Shown: positions 36,019 to 49,509, counted from the first letter of the whole stretch. The stretch: 63,973 bases of DNA, filler included, from Hyphochytrium catenoides (GCA_900088475.1; 7 parts of 7 records of this genome joined end to end with filler, not necessarily neighbours in it); one strand, 5' to 3'. Made by a program: numbers and translations. The notes: generated by a model from the letters alone, not told the origin.

Positions 36019-37295
36019 GTCCTTGGACCTTGCTAGACACCAAAGATATATTTATTGTCTCTCTGCTTTGATCTAATAAGAGCATGATCATAATGGACAG
36101 AAAGATGGTGGCTCGAGTCTCTTTCTCCCGCTAATGGTGCGACTCCATAGCAGATTCCACTTCTTCTGACATCTACGATAAGTCGAGCTTTGATCGAGTG
36201 CAAGACACTCAAACAGACAATGGCCGATTTGCCCTTGTTATGGCCGCTTTGTCTAGCCTAATTCTTCCAAACAGCGGCCATAGACCATCCTTAGGTTGAC
36301 CACTTCCTAGTGGTCGCACCTATCTTGCGGACAGCGCACCCGTGGCCCGATTAGGCGTCGTTAACTGCCGCTGCCCCTGGGGACGGTCGCCCTTGGAAGA
36401 TCGAGAGAAGGAGGAGTAGCTTGGGTCCCTGGGAGCATCCTTTCACCGCTACGTCCTCCACACCAAGCACCACATCTTCTCTATCGGAACACAGATCTTG
36501 CGCATGAATGGCTATCTTGAAGACGTAAGGCAAGATTATTGTCGTCTGTTCGGTTCGACCATGAGGTCAAAGGTAAGGCAATAAAGCTCTTAGAGTATGG
36601 CATCTTCATCGTGAAGTCTCCTCCTGCTAGCCCAGCCAGCCAGCCTCCGCAACTGACTAGCGCAGCACAAGACGGTAGTGGCACCATGACATTTAGCTGT
36701 GCCTTTCATCAACAAACGATGGCCGCTCAGCATGGCTGGGTTGCAGACATATGTGGCTGCAGGTCACAAGTGACGTGCCGGCTCTTTTCAGTGCTAAGAG
36801 CTCAAGCTGCAGCGGAACGGACTTGTAACAGTAACAGTCTACCAGGAGCCACTCCTTCCTGTTCAGGGGGATAGGAGGAGACAGGAAGCAAAGGCTGCTT
36901 GTTTGTTGGAAGTTTCCGGCAGCGCTCCCCCATCACCCGTCGGCTCTACTAGTCTGGCTAGCTTGCCTGCGCCACAGTGACGATTGAAACAGGCCAAGAC
37001 GCTTGACGTGACGCACGGAAAGAGGGTCAAACAGGAGTTGGGAACTCTTGGGAGACCCTGATCATACTGATTGATGACAGGGTTCTTGGCAGATAACGGC
37101 AACGGAAGAAAGGTAACTAACTGCTGGCGAAGGGCCATGGACTGCTCTCAGTCAACCTGGGGCGCTTTGTCTCGAGGTTCTAATAACATTTGTACCTTCA
37201 CCTATGCAAAATGGGCTTGCGCATGTGTATCGTGCGAGGAGAGATGGTCTGGTCAGGAGGCATCTCTAAGATTTGTCGTGTCCACGAAGTGGCTA

Positions 37296-37332
<37 letters not shown>

Positions 37333-38311
37333 CACTTTTTTCTGCTTATCATGTCTTTCAGTCCGTGCTCCCTCTCTCTTATTACAGTTCTTATTCCTCT
37401 CGCTCTCTCCCTCATCATCACGGGTATTATTCTACTCTTTCTCTCTCTCTCTCTCTCTCTCTCCCTCTTCCCCGCTCTCTCTCTCTCTCTTTCTGTCTGT
37501 CTGTCTCCCCCTCTATCTGTCCGCTCTCTCGCCTTCTCTTTCCTATTCTCCCCTTATCTCTCTCTCTCTCTTCCCTCTTTCTCGCTCTTTTTCCCTCTTT
37601 CTCTCTCTCTCTTTCTGTCTGTCTCTCTCTCCCTCTATCTGTCCGCTCTCTTTCTCTCTTTCCTATTCTCCCCTTATCAGTGCACGCAAGTAGTGTGGGC
37701 CGTACCTCCAGACCCCGCCCTGGTTCCAGTAGTCCATACACAGCCAAGGCCTCTACTGTTTTATCCTCCTGTCTCAAAACAGTAGAGCAGCATTCCCCCA
37801 GGTTATGCTTAGTACTAAGGAGTACGCGCCCCATGGTAGCAAGCAATAAGAGTCTGACCTGTACAGTCAAAGCAAGGCCCATGCTTTGACTTCCTAATGA
37901 TGATGAGCCCCTGCACTCTGTCTCCTCACACTTTAGGCAGCACCGGCCTAAGATAGGCTTACTTCTTAGGAACTACTGCGCATTTCCAGTCCTGGTGCCA
38001 CTGGTAAGCAGCACGATCGGAGAGAGGGTCTTTGTCTTCTGCTGCACTCTTTTATTGCAGAGTCGGACAGTCTAGAACTACAGGCTGAGTACAGGGCTCA
38101 GCCAGCCGTCGAGTCATGGGTGGCGAAGCTCAATTTTTAATCAGACGCAAGGGACATACTAAAGAAAGAAGATAAAGCAAGATACGGACCGTCAGAAACA
38201 TACAGAACATGGACTGCCCACCTTGACAAAACGAGGACATGACATGACCTGCCGTTCTCTCGCTCCCACGCAGACTATTTCTCTAATTTTAGCTCTCTCT
38301 CCTTCATCTCT

Positions 38312-38352
<41 letters not shown>

Positions 38353-38836
38353 GCCTCTGCCTCTTCATTTAGGTTCACGTGAGTCTGCTTCTTCGCTCCT
38401 TGTTATGGTTAGGCTTGCTTCTCCTTTGTTTTTCTTGAACAATCACCGTGCTCATTGCCATTCGCTGTCATGTCTTCTGCCATCTTCTACCTTTGCACTC
38501 TTGCTCGCACGTCCTGTCCTCTTGCACGTCCTTCCGGCACTGGAACCCGGCTCTGGTCCTTCTTATGCTCTTACGAGCGTGCTTATCCGTCACTGCCTCT
38601 AAGTCCGAATGGATGCCGTCTCCACACGAACCTCTCTTCTACTCCCTTTACCATGGACCGCCAAGTCCTGGCCACAATGTACTTCTAGCGAAGGCTTACG
38701 TTACTCTTGCCAGAAGCTTCAAAGTCCAAAGAGCGTCGCTGGCCGCAAGCGGGAATTCTGCGCCGCCCTCCAATTCTGTGCAGTACCCATCGTGCTAGGC
38801 GCTCCAAGGGACTTCTGCCTGTAAGCTGGCGGCACC

Positions 38837-39832
38837 ATGGCGAGCATACCTCGATTTCAGCTAACCTCTAGCAATAGAACAGCTAACGCAACGAGCGCCA
38901 GCACCATTAGCAGTGGCAGTACTAGTAGTAGTAACGGCCCCAGGCTCGGCATCTGCTCGCGGGACTGCCAAGAGCCAGCATGTAAGGCTCCAAACTGCCC
39001 ACCATGCCGGCAAATTCAGAACGGCGTATTAAAGTGCTGGGACTCGTATAGAGATCCACTCAAGGGCACAGATGTGTGCATGTTTGACTGGCACGACTGT
39101 CGCACGGGCACAGGTAATCCCATCAGCAACATGCCTGCTGCAGCAAGTCCAATGGCTACGTCTGAGGGCGGCTCCTCTAGAGAAGATGGCAGTACGACGG
39201 GTACTGCAGCTGATCAAAACCTGCAACTTGGAACGGAATCCGCTCCATCGGCCAGCCCTACCAGTCCTCCAGCGGGAGATGCCTTGGGAGCTTCTCAGGG
39301 GTCAGCCAGTGAGGATAAAGGAAGCTTCTTCAGCTCGCCAGCAGGCGTGATTCTACTTGGCTCCCTGGTGGGACTAGTGGTGGCCGCGCTATTGATCCTT
39401 GCCGTGTTCAAGCTCCGCAAGAACAGAAAGCGTTCCTTGAGCGCCCTTGCGACACCGATTGGTACCCCTCAACAGAAGGAATGGACATCATCGCATAATA
39501 GCATCTCAAACCCCCCATACGGACAGCTGCAGCGGCAAGGGACTTCGGCTGTTAACGCGGTAACCAACGGGTCAGCCTATGACGCTTCTCTGTATTTGGG
39601 GAATGGACAGCAAGTATCTCGTGCTCCGTCAGCTCAGAGCGTTTTACTCTATCATCGCACCCACTCAGGTGCTCCTTCGGGGTCCATTGTACGCTACCCG
39701 GCGGGGGAAACTGTGGCTGCCGACTGGCAGAGAAAGAAAAGCTCATCGGAGGCAGTAAGCGGTGATGACGAGGTGGACATAGATGGAGAGAACAGCGCCT
39801 ATCCAAGAGAGACTGAGTCCTTCGAAATCTGA
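38837..39832 (+). CDS. Single-pass membrane protein, 331 aa: 8-Cys motif, Ser/Thr-rich stalk, TM helix, cytoplasmic tail; function unknown
   Basis: Intact ORF whose ATG is in strong context (GGCACCATGG). Cys motif CSRDCQEPACKAPNCPPC...KCWD...VCMFDWHDC. TM segment GVILLGSLVGLVVAALLILAVF followed by KLRKNRKR. No obvious signal peptide, so an upstream exon cannot be excluded. Confidence 0.75.
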   Translation: MASIPRFQLTSSNRTANATSASTISSGSTSSSNGPRLGICSRDCQEPACKAPNCPPCRQIQNGVLKCWDSYRDPLKGTDVCMFDWHDCRTGTGNPISNMPAAASPMATSEGGSSREDGSTTGTAADQNLQLGTESAPSASPTSPPAGDALGASQGSASEDKGSFFSSPAGVILLGSLVGLVVAALLILAVFKLRKNRKRSLSALATPIGTPQQKEWTSSHNSISNPPYGQLQRQGTSAVNAVTNGSAYDASLYLGNGQQVSRAPSAQSVLLYHRTHSGAPSGSIVRYPAGETVAADWQRKKSSSEAVSGDDEVDIDGENSAYPRETESFEI

Positions 39833-41195
39833 GTCCTCTGTACCCAGCCGAGGCCATCAAGAGCCTCCACCACTCTGTGTGTGCCTCTCACAGGAATGAA
39901 AGAAAGTGTGAGAGAGCTCTATCCCCGCGTAATTGCCTGTTTCTTATTTATTGATATCGCTTTCTTTGCTGCATAGATGTAGCCTTGTACCATAATCCTA
40001 TAGTAAGATCCCCTGTCACTTCCTCTTCCAGTCTTTCCCATTCATTGTGCACCGAGGCACGGAGCTCGGAGCCATCAAAGCAACAGCTACACTGTTCAGT
40101 CTAACTGTGCTCGCTAGTAGAGCTAGGAACGAGGATAACCGAGGCACATTATAAAGGAGTCTTAAGCAGATGCGAGTGACTGCATGATGTGTACCCAGCT
40201 TTCTTCTGCGCCAAGCACCTGATGAACTCTCAGATCAAACGGCTAGCGACACGAGGTCTAGTATACATTAGCAAGCGGGCAGCCCTGTCTTCACACCACA
40301 TTGCTCAATGAGCAGAGAAGAGTGATGTGAGAGAGCCCCTTGCTTCAACGCCTCATAAGGACAGACTCCCCTCCTATGCCAGTGGCAGGCTACCCAGCCA
40401 CTGCGGGCTTCCTATCCCGAGGAGAGCAGAGCACGGAAGAGTTCTGGAGGAGAAGTTCAAGTCTGAAGCGAGATGCCAAAGATCGCAAGCGCTGCGGTTT
40501 GTCTGTCTGTCTGTCGTCCTCAAGGGATGAGGCCGCGGTACAGGTACCTGTACCGGCATCATGCGTGGGTCTCTTGGACTGTACAATCCTTGATCCAATG
40601 CAATTTGAGACATACTATCCATGATAAGATGAAATAGATTACGGATTTGGGTGAATTTGTACCCTCGTTCTTCTTCGTACCAAACGAAGCTTGTTGCCGC
40701 TTCTGAAAATTTTCTTCAGGAATCTGCGAAGCTGCAAGAAGGGAAGTGACAGGGAAGGCAAGATGTTGGCGCTGTGAGGACGATGCAGATGGGAGGAGGG
40801 CAGCAAGAGACGTAGATCCCGAGTGCAGCAGCTTAATCTAGCCAGGTGAGGCTGATTCTGAGGATCGTTAGGCTGTGTCATCTCTCTCGCTTCGTCCTGC
40901 AGCCGAGCGGCGGGCTCTCTGAGGGCACAGCCTTGGACAAGCGCGTAGGTTGACTCCCATCAACCTGGATGAGTTGGGCCTCTGGACATGAGCCTTGGCG
41001 CCCTGCCGCAGGTCTGCTTTATAGGGAAAGGTGATGAGATTCCATTGGTTAGTCCCAAGTCCTGCCTCCTAGCACGTCGATCTAGGCGGCTCATTTCCCG
41101 AGGTCGGACATGGACTGAGCTGAGGTCGTGAATACCTGCTCCAGGCAGACAACAAGGAAGCGGCACATGGAGTAAGTGTAGGAGTCCAGCCAACA

Positions 41196-44100
41196 ATGCC
41201 GCAGGACAACAGTGGCTACGGAGGAAACTTCCTCTGGCAGCCGATCAAATATTGCTTGGACTTCATTCCTTGGGCCCTGGGTGGAGTCTCCTCAGAGACA
41301 AACAGCGACGGCGACGCGGAATCGCCGAGGCCCTTCTTGCGGAATAAGCTGGTAAAGCTCTCCTTCACTGCCGCAGATCCGCAAGCCCTTGGGGTCAGAT
41401 TTTGCCAAAATACTCACCAAGGCATAGACTCTCGCCTGTGCACCACCGTGTCCGTCATCCGCCCAGGCAGTGATGCAGACCGTGCGGGCCTACGGGTGGG
41501 CGCCCGGCTAGGGATGGTTAATGGGGAGGATCTCTCTTTCAAAGCGTACGAAGAGGTTATGGACATCTTAGCGCGAAGTTCCTACCCTACAAAGCTGGTC
41601 TTTGAGCAGTCAGAGCTTGGCTTTCCCATGGACAACAGTCCAGACACCCTAACCCAGTTCCCTCCGCCCATGGGCACTGCCAATCCAGGCTTTCTCCTCT
41701 TCGATGAGAGCAACTCCGACCATTCCCAAGGTGATAGAACCTTCGACTCCTCTGTACAATTGCATCCAGACATGGAGACTCCATTGCTGGACCCGGAAGA
41801 CTATGACTCGAAGAGGTTTTGGATGTCTGACTATTCTACAAAGGCCTGCTCAGACTGCGGGCGGCCCTTCACGCTGTGCCGCCGCAGACACCACTGTCGT
41901 TCATGTGGGCAAGTCTTCTGTGCGCAGTGTATAACCAGGATTCCAAAGAGTGTAGTCCACGAAGAAGAGAACAAGCACTTTGCCTGGCTAAGGAAGCAGA
42001 TAGTTTGCTACATTTGCTGTGAGCAGCTGCAGGACGGACTACAGATTGCCCTGAGTGCGCCCACAGTCCCCAAAGCTTCCATTTTCCATTCGACAGAGGT
42101 GCTGCAGGTAGAGCCAACGAAAAAGGTCCCGCTAGCAATGCCCCGGCCACCCTCAAGCTTGTCCATAGAAATTGCTCGTTTGCCCTCTCCGCCGCTGCTA
42201 GATGGCACTGTAGGGTCTTATACAAGCGATAAGACAGACGATGACTTCTCCTTCGACGAAGATGGGACAGCAGACGATCGGCAACGAGGGCCACTCTGGA
42301 ATGCTTTTGAGATGGTACAGATTGCGTCTGAGAGCAAGCGACAAAACCAATACCGGCAACCTCTGAACCGCATTGCAACCGCAGAAAGCACCATGGTGAA
42401 GGGAATAGAGGCCACTAATGATCTCGCCCCGTTGAGAAGGACAAACAGCACACCTGAGGTGGACATGAGGAAGTCGTTGTTGGAGGAGAGCGATTCTATG
42501 TCAGTGAAGAGCTTTAACGCTATGAAAGCACTGCGTCGCACTGACAGTACCTCTGCTGTGGCTGAGGGACAGACAAACCAGCTATCTCCTCCCATGTTCC
42601 TTCTCCAAGAAGATGAAGAATGTGAAGGGGAAGGAAAGGAGAGACGCTGTCTTCACACGGGAAAGAGCGCATATCTTCACGGCGACATGATAAAGATGGA
42701 CACCTTCGGCTCAGATCCACCTTATCTCGATCCTCTTGCTCACTGCGTTTCAGAAAGACCTGAGTATCTGGAGAAGAAGGCAGCAATTAAGAAAGTGATG
42801 CTAAGCGATGCGAGGGCACACGTTCGCTCGGTTATTGACTGCCAAATAAGGAAGAACGATGTCATTCCCGAAAGTACAAAGGACATCTGGTCAAAAACTA
42901 TTGGGAATCTGTGCTACGAAGCAGGGATGTTTGTCTCTCCACAGCCTCAGTTGGGGGAGTCGAGAGATGTGCTCCAATATACTAAGATCAAGCTAATTCC
43001 TGGAGGAGAGATTACCGACAGCGCCTACATTGATGGAGTGGTGTTCCACAAGTCCCTCGCAAGGAAAGAGATGCGCTCTCAGATATTAAACCCGCGGATC
43101 CTTCTGATCGCATCGTCCATAGAGTTTCAGAGGCAGAGAAACCAGATTGCCTCGCTAGAGGCCGTAGGCATGCAAGATTATGAGTACATGCACCTCATTG
43201 TGGCGAAGATTATGACTCTAAGACCGGACGTTGTACTACTAGGAGGGCATGTAGATATGGTGGCCGAGTCTCTTCTCTCAAAGAAGGGCGTGTCTCTTGT
43301 CAAAAATGTCAAGGAGGATATCTTAAAGAGGGTAGCGCGCTCGACCGGGGCAGCGGTAGTCCTATCCCCTGATCACGTCGACAAGGTGGAGCCAGGGTCC
43401 GTCATTGGCCACTGTGGCAAGTTTGAGATGATCTCCTATGCGGCTTCCAAAGTTGAAGGCGCGAATACGAAGAAGAGATCCAGAAAGATGATAGTTCTAA
43501 GTGGATGCAACAGCAGTAGAGGATGCACAGTGCTTCTACGAGGGGGAAGCCTCTCCCTCCTCCAGGAACTAAGGAGCATTGTATCTTTGGGCGTCAAGAC
43601 CATGTACAACTCACGCTTGCAGGTGTCCTACCTCTCGGACCTCCTTCTGCAGCCACCAAAGATTCATTCTCCTTCTTCTGGGGAAGATAGAGCGCCGTCC
43701 ACTGCCCTCTATCTTACCACTGGGAAGCGGATCAAACCTTGGCGCTGTCGCTGTAATGTCTGCAACGGCAAGCGCCTTGCCCTCTTTCTCTCCTCGAACA
43801 ACAACAACCTGCGCACGGAAGCACTGCAGCGGAGAATTGAGAATGGAGACCAAGCTGAAAAGAGCTCCACGGCTCCGTCTGACAAGCTTGCCCTCTGGCT
43901 AGCGGAGGTCCGAGAGCCCTACGTTGGTGGTGCCAAAGGCATCGCCTCTTCCCTTCATTCAAAGCTTCCTTTCGCAGAGTCTACTGGTGGCTCCTTTCTG
44001 AGCATGTCGATAGCCGCAAGGTCAAGCACAGGCACTTTGGATGCGTTAGATCTTCCCCCCACGCACCCTGGAGCGCCGTCACTTCAGGTCAGATGCATTG

Positions 44101-47100
44101 CTGGAGAGGTCTGGTACCCTTTCTTTATATAGATCCCTTCCGCGCTCTTCCTAATGCCTCCGTCTTCATTCTTCCTGACTCTTCTCCGCGTTCCTACCAT
44201 CTCCTCTGGTGGTGGGGACTGCTTACAAGTAAAAGATTCCTCACCACTACTGTTTGTTCGCCAGGGGAGTTTCTATAAGCGATTCCGCACAAGAAACAAC
44301 CGCCCCAGCGCACAAAGCTCTGGCTCTAAGGATAGATTGAGGTTGCGGCGTCCTCCAGCACCAGGCGCTGATGAGCAGTCACTTGGCCGCATCATTATCT
44401 CCTGTTGCTGGAAGGGCGTGAAGGGCCGCCAGTGTTCTCCTGCGGAGCTAAAGTGCATCAACTTCTATGAAAGCAATGACTACACTCTGGGTGAATTTCT
44501 CATGAAGCAGTGTTTTGATCCCAATAACAAGTGTAGGACTTGCAAGAGAGCCTTTGCCGAGCATGAGTTTAGCTTTTCCCATGAGAACAGTCGACTTTCA
44601 ATCACGGTGATAGATACGAATTCGAAGAAGCAACCGCTGGAGGATAACCATATCCTCGCAGGGCTACAGCTCGACCCAGCCTGCCAGTTCATTAGACAGG
44701 AAGTGCTGACCATGTGGAGTGTGAGCTTGGCAGGTACGGAGGACCCCCGGCCCGTCTACTCTCTTGACCTGTAGATTTACCTCTCCATGTCCTTTCTCAT
44801 TTGTGGCCCTTCTTGCCTATGGTCCCCCCAAAGGCAATCCTGTATATCTGTGTCTATATCTCCTGGTTCTCTAGTGCGATTAGTCCTTGCTAGTTCTCTT
44901 TCGATGGTATTCGCTCTATGTCCTTACGTTTCCTCCGCTCTTTCACAATCTGCAGCCAGCAACCGTAAGGCCTACATCTACACAGTTATGTCGGATGACA
45001 CATGGAACTATTCTTTTGGAAGGTTTTTGGAAGAAATCTTCTACAGCCGTGGAATGACTTTCGACACCGACATGTGCTCGTACCATGAGGGGATCAAACA
45101 CAGTGCTGATCCCAGGTTATGCCACCACCTTTATTTCTCTGTAGAAGCTTCTCTCAGGGGAAGCGTCTGCCTTCCGTGACCTCATCAGGCTCTGCGATTT
45201 ACTATTCAACCTCTTTCTGTTTGTTCTCTAATTTAATAACCCTCCCTGAGACATAGCCGTAGCGTATATATCAGTAAGCTGGTAGGCTCTCCCATCCTCA
45301 TGTTTAGCAAGCATTATCCGCTGTCGTGGACTCTATGGTGGCCGGTGGCATGGGGTTGACAATGACTTACCAGTTGCTCTCTTCGTCAATTTCCCCAGAT
45401 TTGTTCGCTTCTTTGGTTATGCTGGACTAGTGGCTAGGTTCCAGTACGATATCTTCATGCCGATCAAGGAGGTCGCTCTACGGCCTTCCTTTTGGGAAGT
45501 TGGGACAGGAAGTTCCAGCTACACGTTTAGTTATGACAGGCCTCGAGTGGAGGAGATCATAAAGAAGGTCGGAGAGTTGACGCTGTCGAAGATTGAGCAA
45601 TCAATTCAGGACCCTCTCCTCGCGACCTCGGCGCTGGCGCTCAAGGAACAAAAGAGAGAGGTGAAGCTTCTGTATTATGCTCTCCCATCCTGTATAATCT
45701 GAAAGCTAAGCTCTCCTATTGCCATGGCTTCCAAGCTGTAGTTGGCGTCTAGTGCCTGTAACTCTGCTTCTCAGGCTTCAGCTGATCACTGTGTGCCTCT
45801 ACTTCTGTCGCCACCCAGTATCCGCAGCTGTCCTCGTCCTTGAATAGATAAAGGAGCTCAACTGTGATCTTCACGTTAGGTCATTTGGTGGCAGACTGCC
45901 ATGAAGAAGAAGCTTGATGAAGGAGAATTTAAGAGCATTGTGGAAACAAATCTCTTGGTAAGTCGCGTCCTTAGAGAAAGGGAATAGATTATCGGGTTTG
46001 TCGTACCGCTGCGCCGTGGGGAAGGATATCTAGGGCTCTGGAAAGTACCAAGATGCGCGGTGATGTACATTATCTATGGGGAAGCTTGGTGTTTGGTTCT
46101 CTCGCACATGGTGGTGTCGTTCTTAATTGAGCCTTTCCTCTCCTCTGCACTGGCAGGTTCGGCAGGTGTGGCAGCAGCTGATGAAGTGGAACGAAAGTCT
46201 CGGCAGCTTGCTCCAACGGCCACTGAAGGTTTCTATGCATTCGGATGTTAAGGCTGGCCTTCCTGCCGGCTGGATGGACAGGCTAGACATGGCCACTGAG
46301 AGAGGCACGAACACCTCTAGAGGTACATGGCCTCTTGGTACCCTTTTGTGCGGATATTCCCGCTCCTTTGATCCACATTTGCTCTCATTCTTGGGTTTAT
46401 GTTAACTCGTACAGCCCCTCTGCTCCAGCTGATTTTCTTCTTTGCCTCTTGTGAACATAAAAGGAAGTGGAGGTAGACGCTCTGATCCCCGTATTGGAGA
46501 AGTGCAGGGAAGCTCTGCTCTCTCTGTACCTCCGGCCCCTTCTGCATTTGTTGAGGATACTGGGGGAAAGGGGAAGAACAAGTACGATGCCGTGCTGAGT
46601 CAGATGATGAATCCAGAGGCAGTGAAGAACCTTGGAGCAGCAGGACGATGGCCGGCTCCCCTCCCATCTCTTCCCGCGCCCGTCATTCCTCCTCTCCCTG
46701 CTCCTCCGCCACCTCCTGCACCGAACCCGAGGACAACATTAAAGGAGGAGCCGCTTCCCCACTCCGATTCCTTCATCAGCGCCTCCCCATTACGCGGAGT
46801 TGACCTGTCCAGCTGGCGAACGGCGCTGCTCATTCCACGCTATAACAGGGAAAGGGACCGCGATAAGATTGAGGCTCCTAACTCCAACACTGGCGCGGAC
46901 AACCAGGATCAAGGACATGGCGGCGCTGCTGCGGGACAAAGAAGGTAGAGTTCTACACCGCTTGTTAGTCCCTTTGCCAATGTTCTGTTTTTTTGCCACG
47001 TCTGAATCCTTCAGTTCTTTGCATCCATCCTCCGCAGTTTAGCTACATTTCGGCCACTCATAGTAATACCTCGGTTGTTCAATATTGCTTCTCCTTAACT

Positions 47101-49509
47101 GCTGAAGGATGCCTCCATCTTTACGCCGGCTCTTGACGCTACCCATTGCTCTCTTCCCTTTGGGTTCTTTCTGTGTAGCCGTCCAACCAAGGGATTCTCG
47201 CCGCCGCTTCTCCTCCCGCAACAGAACGTTACTACCATCCCTCAAGAGCTACTGGAATGGAATCCGCAGCTCCCTCCCGGTCTCCAAGACACAGTGGTCT
47301 TGGTCAATGAAGGAGAGCTTACCTCAATCGCAGCCTACCTCCTCGCCTCGTCGGATCACGCAGAATGTGTACAAACCTACCTCACTAGGGCAAAGGTTAT
47401 GGCGCCTCCAGGCTTCCCTTTCCACCGGATGGATCCTCCAGAAGTCCGAAAGCAGTACATAAAGATACTGAGAAGGGCTGGGACTAACGTGGAGCACAGG
47501 ACAGACGTTAAAGAGGAGTTTGGCGGGGAATATGGGGGGAAGAGGTTCAAATGTAGAGCATACTTTGCACTGCAATTCTGTCTTTTAAGGCGGCTCTGCT
47601 TTGGAAGCGACCAGCTCTTCGTGGAGTCCTTGAGTAGATGCCAAACTTGGGCATCCTCAGGCGGGAAGTCGGGCGCTCGCTTCATGAAGACACTGGTAAG
47701 AGAAGCGTAGCGTGAAGAAGACAAAAGGGGAGTATAGTTGTTACTAGCAGGTCCAAGCTCTAATAGGCGGAGTGAAGAGGGAGAACGGACTAGAGTGACG
47801 GGAAATCTTATATAAGGGGATACGAATTCATGGAGGATATAAGGGACAATCGAGAGGCAAAGGCTATGATGGGGAGGAAGCGGTGTGGTAGGGATGCCTC
47901 TCTGTGTCGCACAGCATTAGTTGTCTAAAGCGTGCATAATCCCCATCAGGATGATCGCTTTATTGCTAAGGAGATCCCTCGGATGGAGGTGGATATGTTC
48001 GTGGACATGGCGAAGAGCTATTTCGAGCATCTTGCAGATGNNNNNNNNNNNNNNNNNNNNNNATTGGTCTCTTTTGGCCGGCCAGCTTGAAGGACTAATA
48101 GGTGCTTTCTTGCTTTTGCTGCCACCAGTCACCTACCGGAAATGAGACAACCTACCTTATGGTCACCGAGAATCTAACCTATGGGCGTGAGCTGGACCAA
48201 ATCTTTGACCTTAAAGGGAAGCTAGAGGGGCGATACACCTCCAAGGCAGAAGGTAAGTGACAGCGAGTTAGCTTATGAGAGGTCCATGAAAGGGAGAAAT
48301 TGTAGCTGTCTGACAGCAGATTATTAGCAAAGACTAGGGCAGCCAATCTTTCAAACCTGAGATGAAAGCCAGAGGACTTCTTCAGTAGCTTTTGCTCAGT
48401 GAAGAGAACAGCTTTGCGATGCCTCACACAACGCACTAACTGCCACTCATTGTGCAGCTAGGACGCCCGGTATCACGCTGCTGGATGGCGATCTGATGCA
48501 GCAGAGCAAGGGCCTACCGACACCTTTAAACGAACAAGCATATGCGCAGCTGCTAGCTGCAGCGGAGAGTGATACCAAGTTCCTAGAGAGCGTAAACGTC
48601 ACGGACTACTCAATGGTAGGATGCCTATGACGTCTTACACGACGAGTGGTTGAGGAGGAGACAATTTGGAAGGTGGAGGGATGTGACAGCACAGAAAGAT
48701 GATTTATCGGGAGAAGAACATCGAGAGCACACTTAATCTTGCCTATGGTCGTGGCGCAAAGGCAGGGAGAGCCAGAAAGCGACCCCAAAGGAGGAGAGAT
48801 TGAGGGCGGTGGAGTCGTGTGCGAGAGGGAGACGCCCCGGCGATGGCGCTCATTGTTTAGCAATCCTCAATCTGCTCTCCTCTGCTGTTCACTCTGGTAT
48901 CCTCTGCTGTTTTCTATCTTTCCTGGTAGTTACCTGTTTAGTGGATGTGTGACTGCTCTCTCTCTCCCTCTCAATGTTTGTCTTTGACGGTCTTTCTTGG
49001 CATCATTGTTGTCTTCTATAACGAGTGCTGTCTCTCACACTGCGTCTCTCTTTATCCAGCTGGTGGGCTTCGACATTGTAAAGCAAGAGATGGTGGCAGG
49101 AATTATTGATTACGTCCATCAATACGTGCTAAGAAAGCGGCTGGAGTACATGGGAAAGAAGCTGTATCAAGTTGAGCAGGAGATCACTGTCCAAGCTCCA
49201 GCGGACTATGCTCGCAGGTTTAAGAGAGCAGTGAGGCGGTACTTCACCCCTATCCCCAGTAGGCTCACCAGGCCTGTGCCAGTCTCATCAGACGACAAAG
49301 AGCAAGACAGAGAGAGGGAGAGCTCCGTGGAAAGAGATGACCCTTCCTTCCCACGCAGTAGGACTTCGTCCTCTTCCTCTCTCTCTCGTCTTGGCACCAA
49401 CGAAACAGCCAATGCCTCTTTGAACGACTTCCACTCTTTGACAATAGGCTTGAACATGCAGTTTCCGGACGTCGTCGAAACTGGGAAGGGGACGAAAAGA
49501 GAGATATAG
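41196..49509 (+). CDS. FAB1: Fab1/PIKfyve-type 1-phosphatidylinositol-3-phosphate 5-kinase with an N-terminal PDZ-like domain; multi-exon
   Basis: Exon 1 (41196 to ~44087) encodes a PDZ-like segment (LGVRF...VSVIRPGSDADRAGLRVGARLGMVNGEDL), a FYVE domain (WMSD...CSDC...RRRHHCRSCGQVFCAQC) and a Cpn60/TCP1-like domain (KIKLIPGG...DGVVFHKS...NPRILL...TVLLRGG). Later exons encode a Cys/His-rich region (FYESNDYTLGEFL, SFGRFLE) and kinase motifs GGKSG, DDRFIAKEI, IFDLKGK, DTKFLESVNVTDYSM, GIIDY, YARRFKRAVRRYF. A 22-N gap (48041-48062) falls in the kinase region. Confidence 0.92.
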
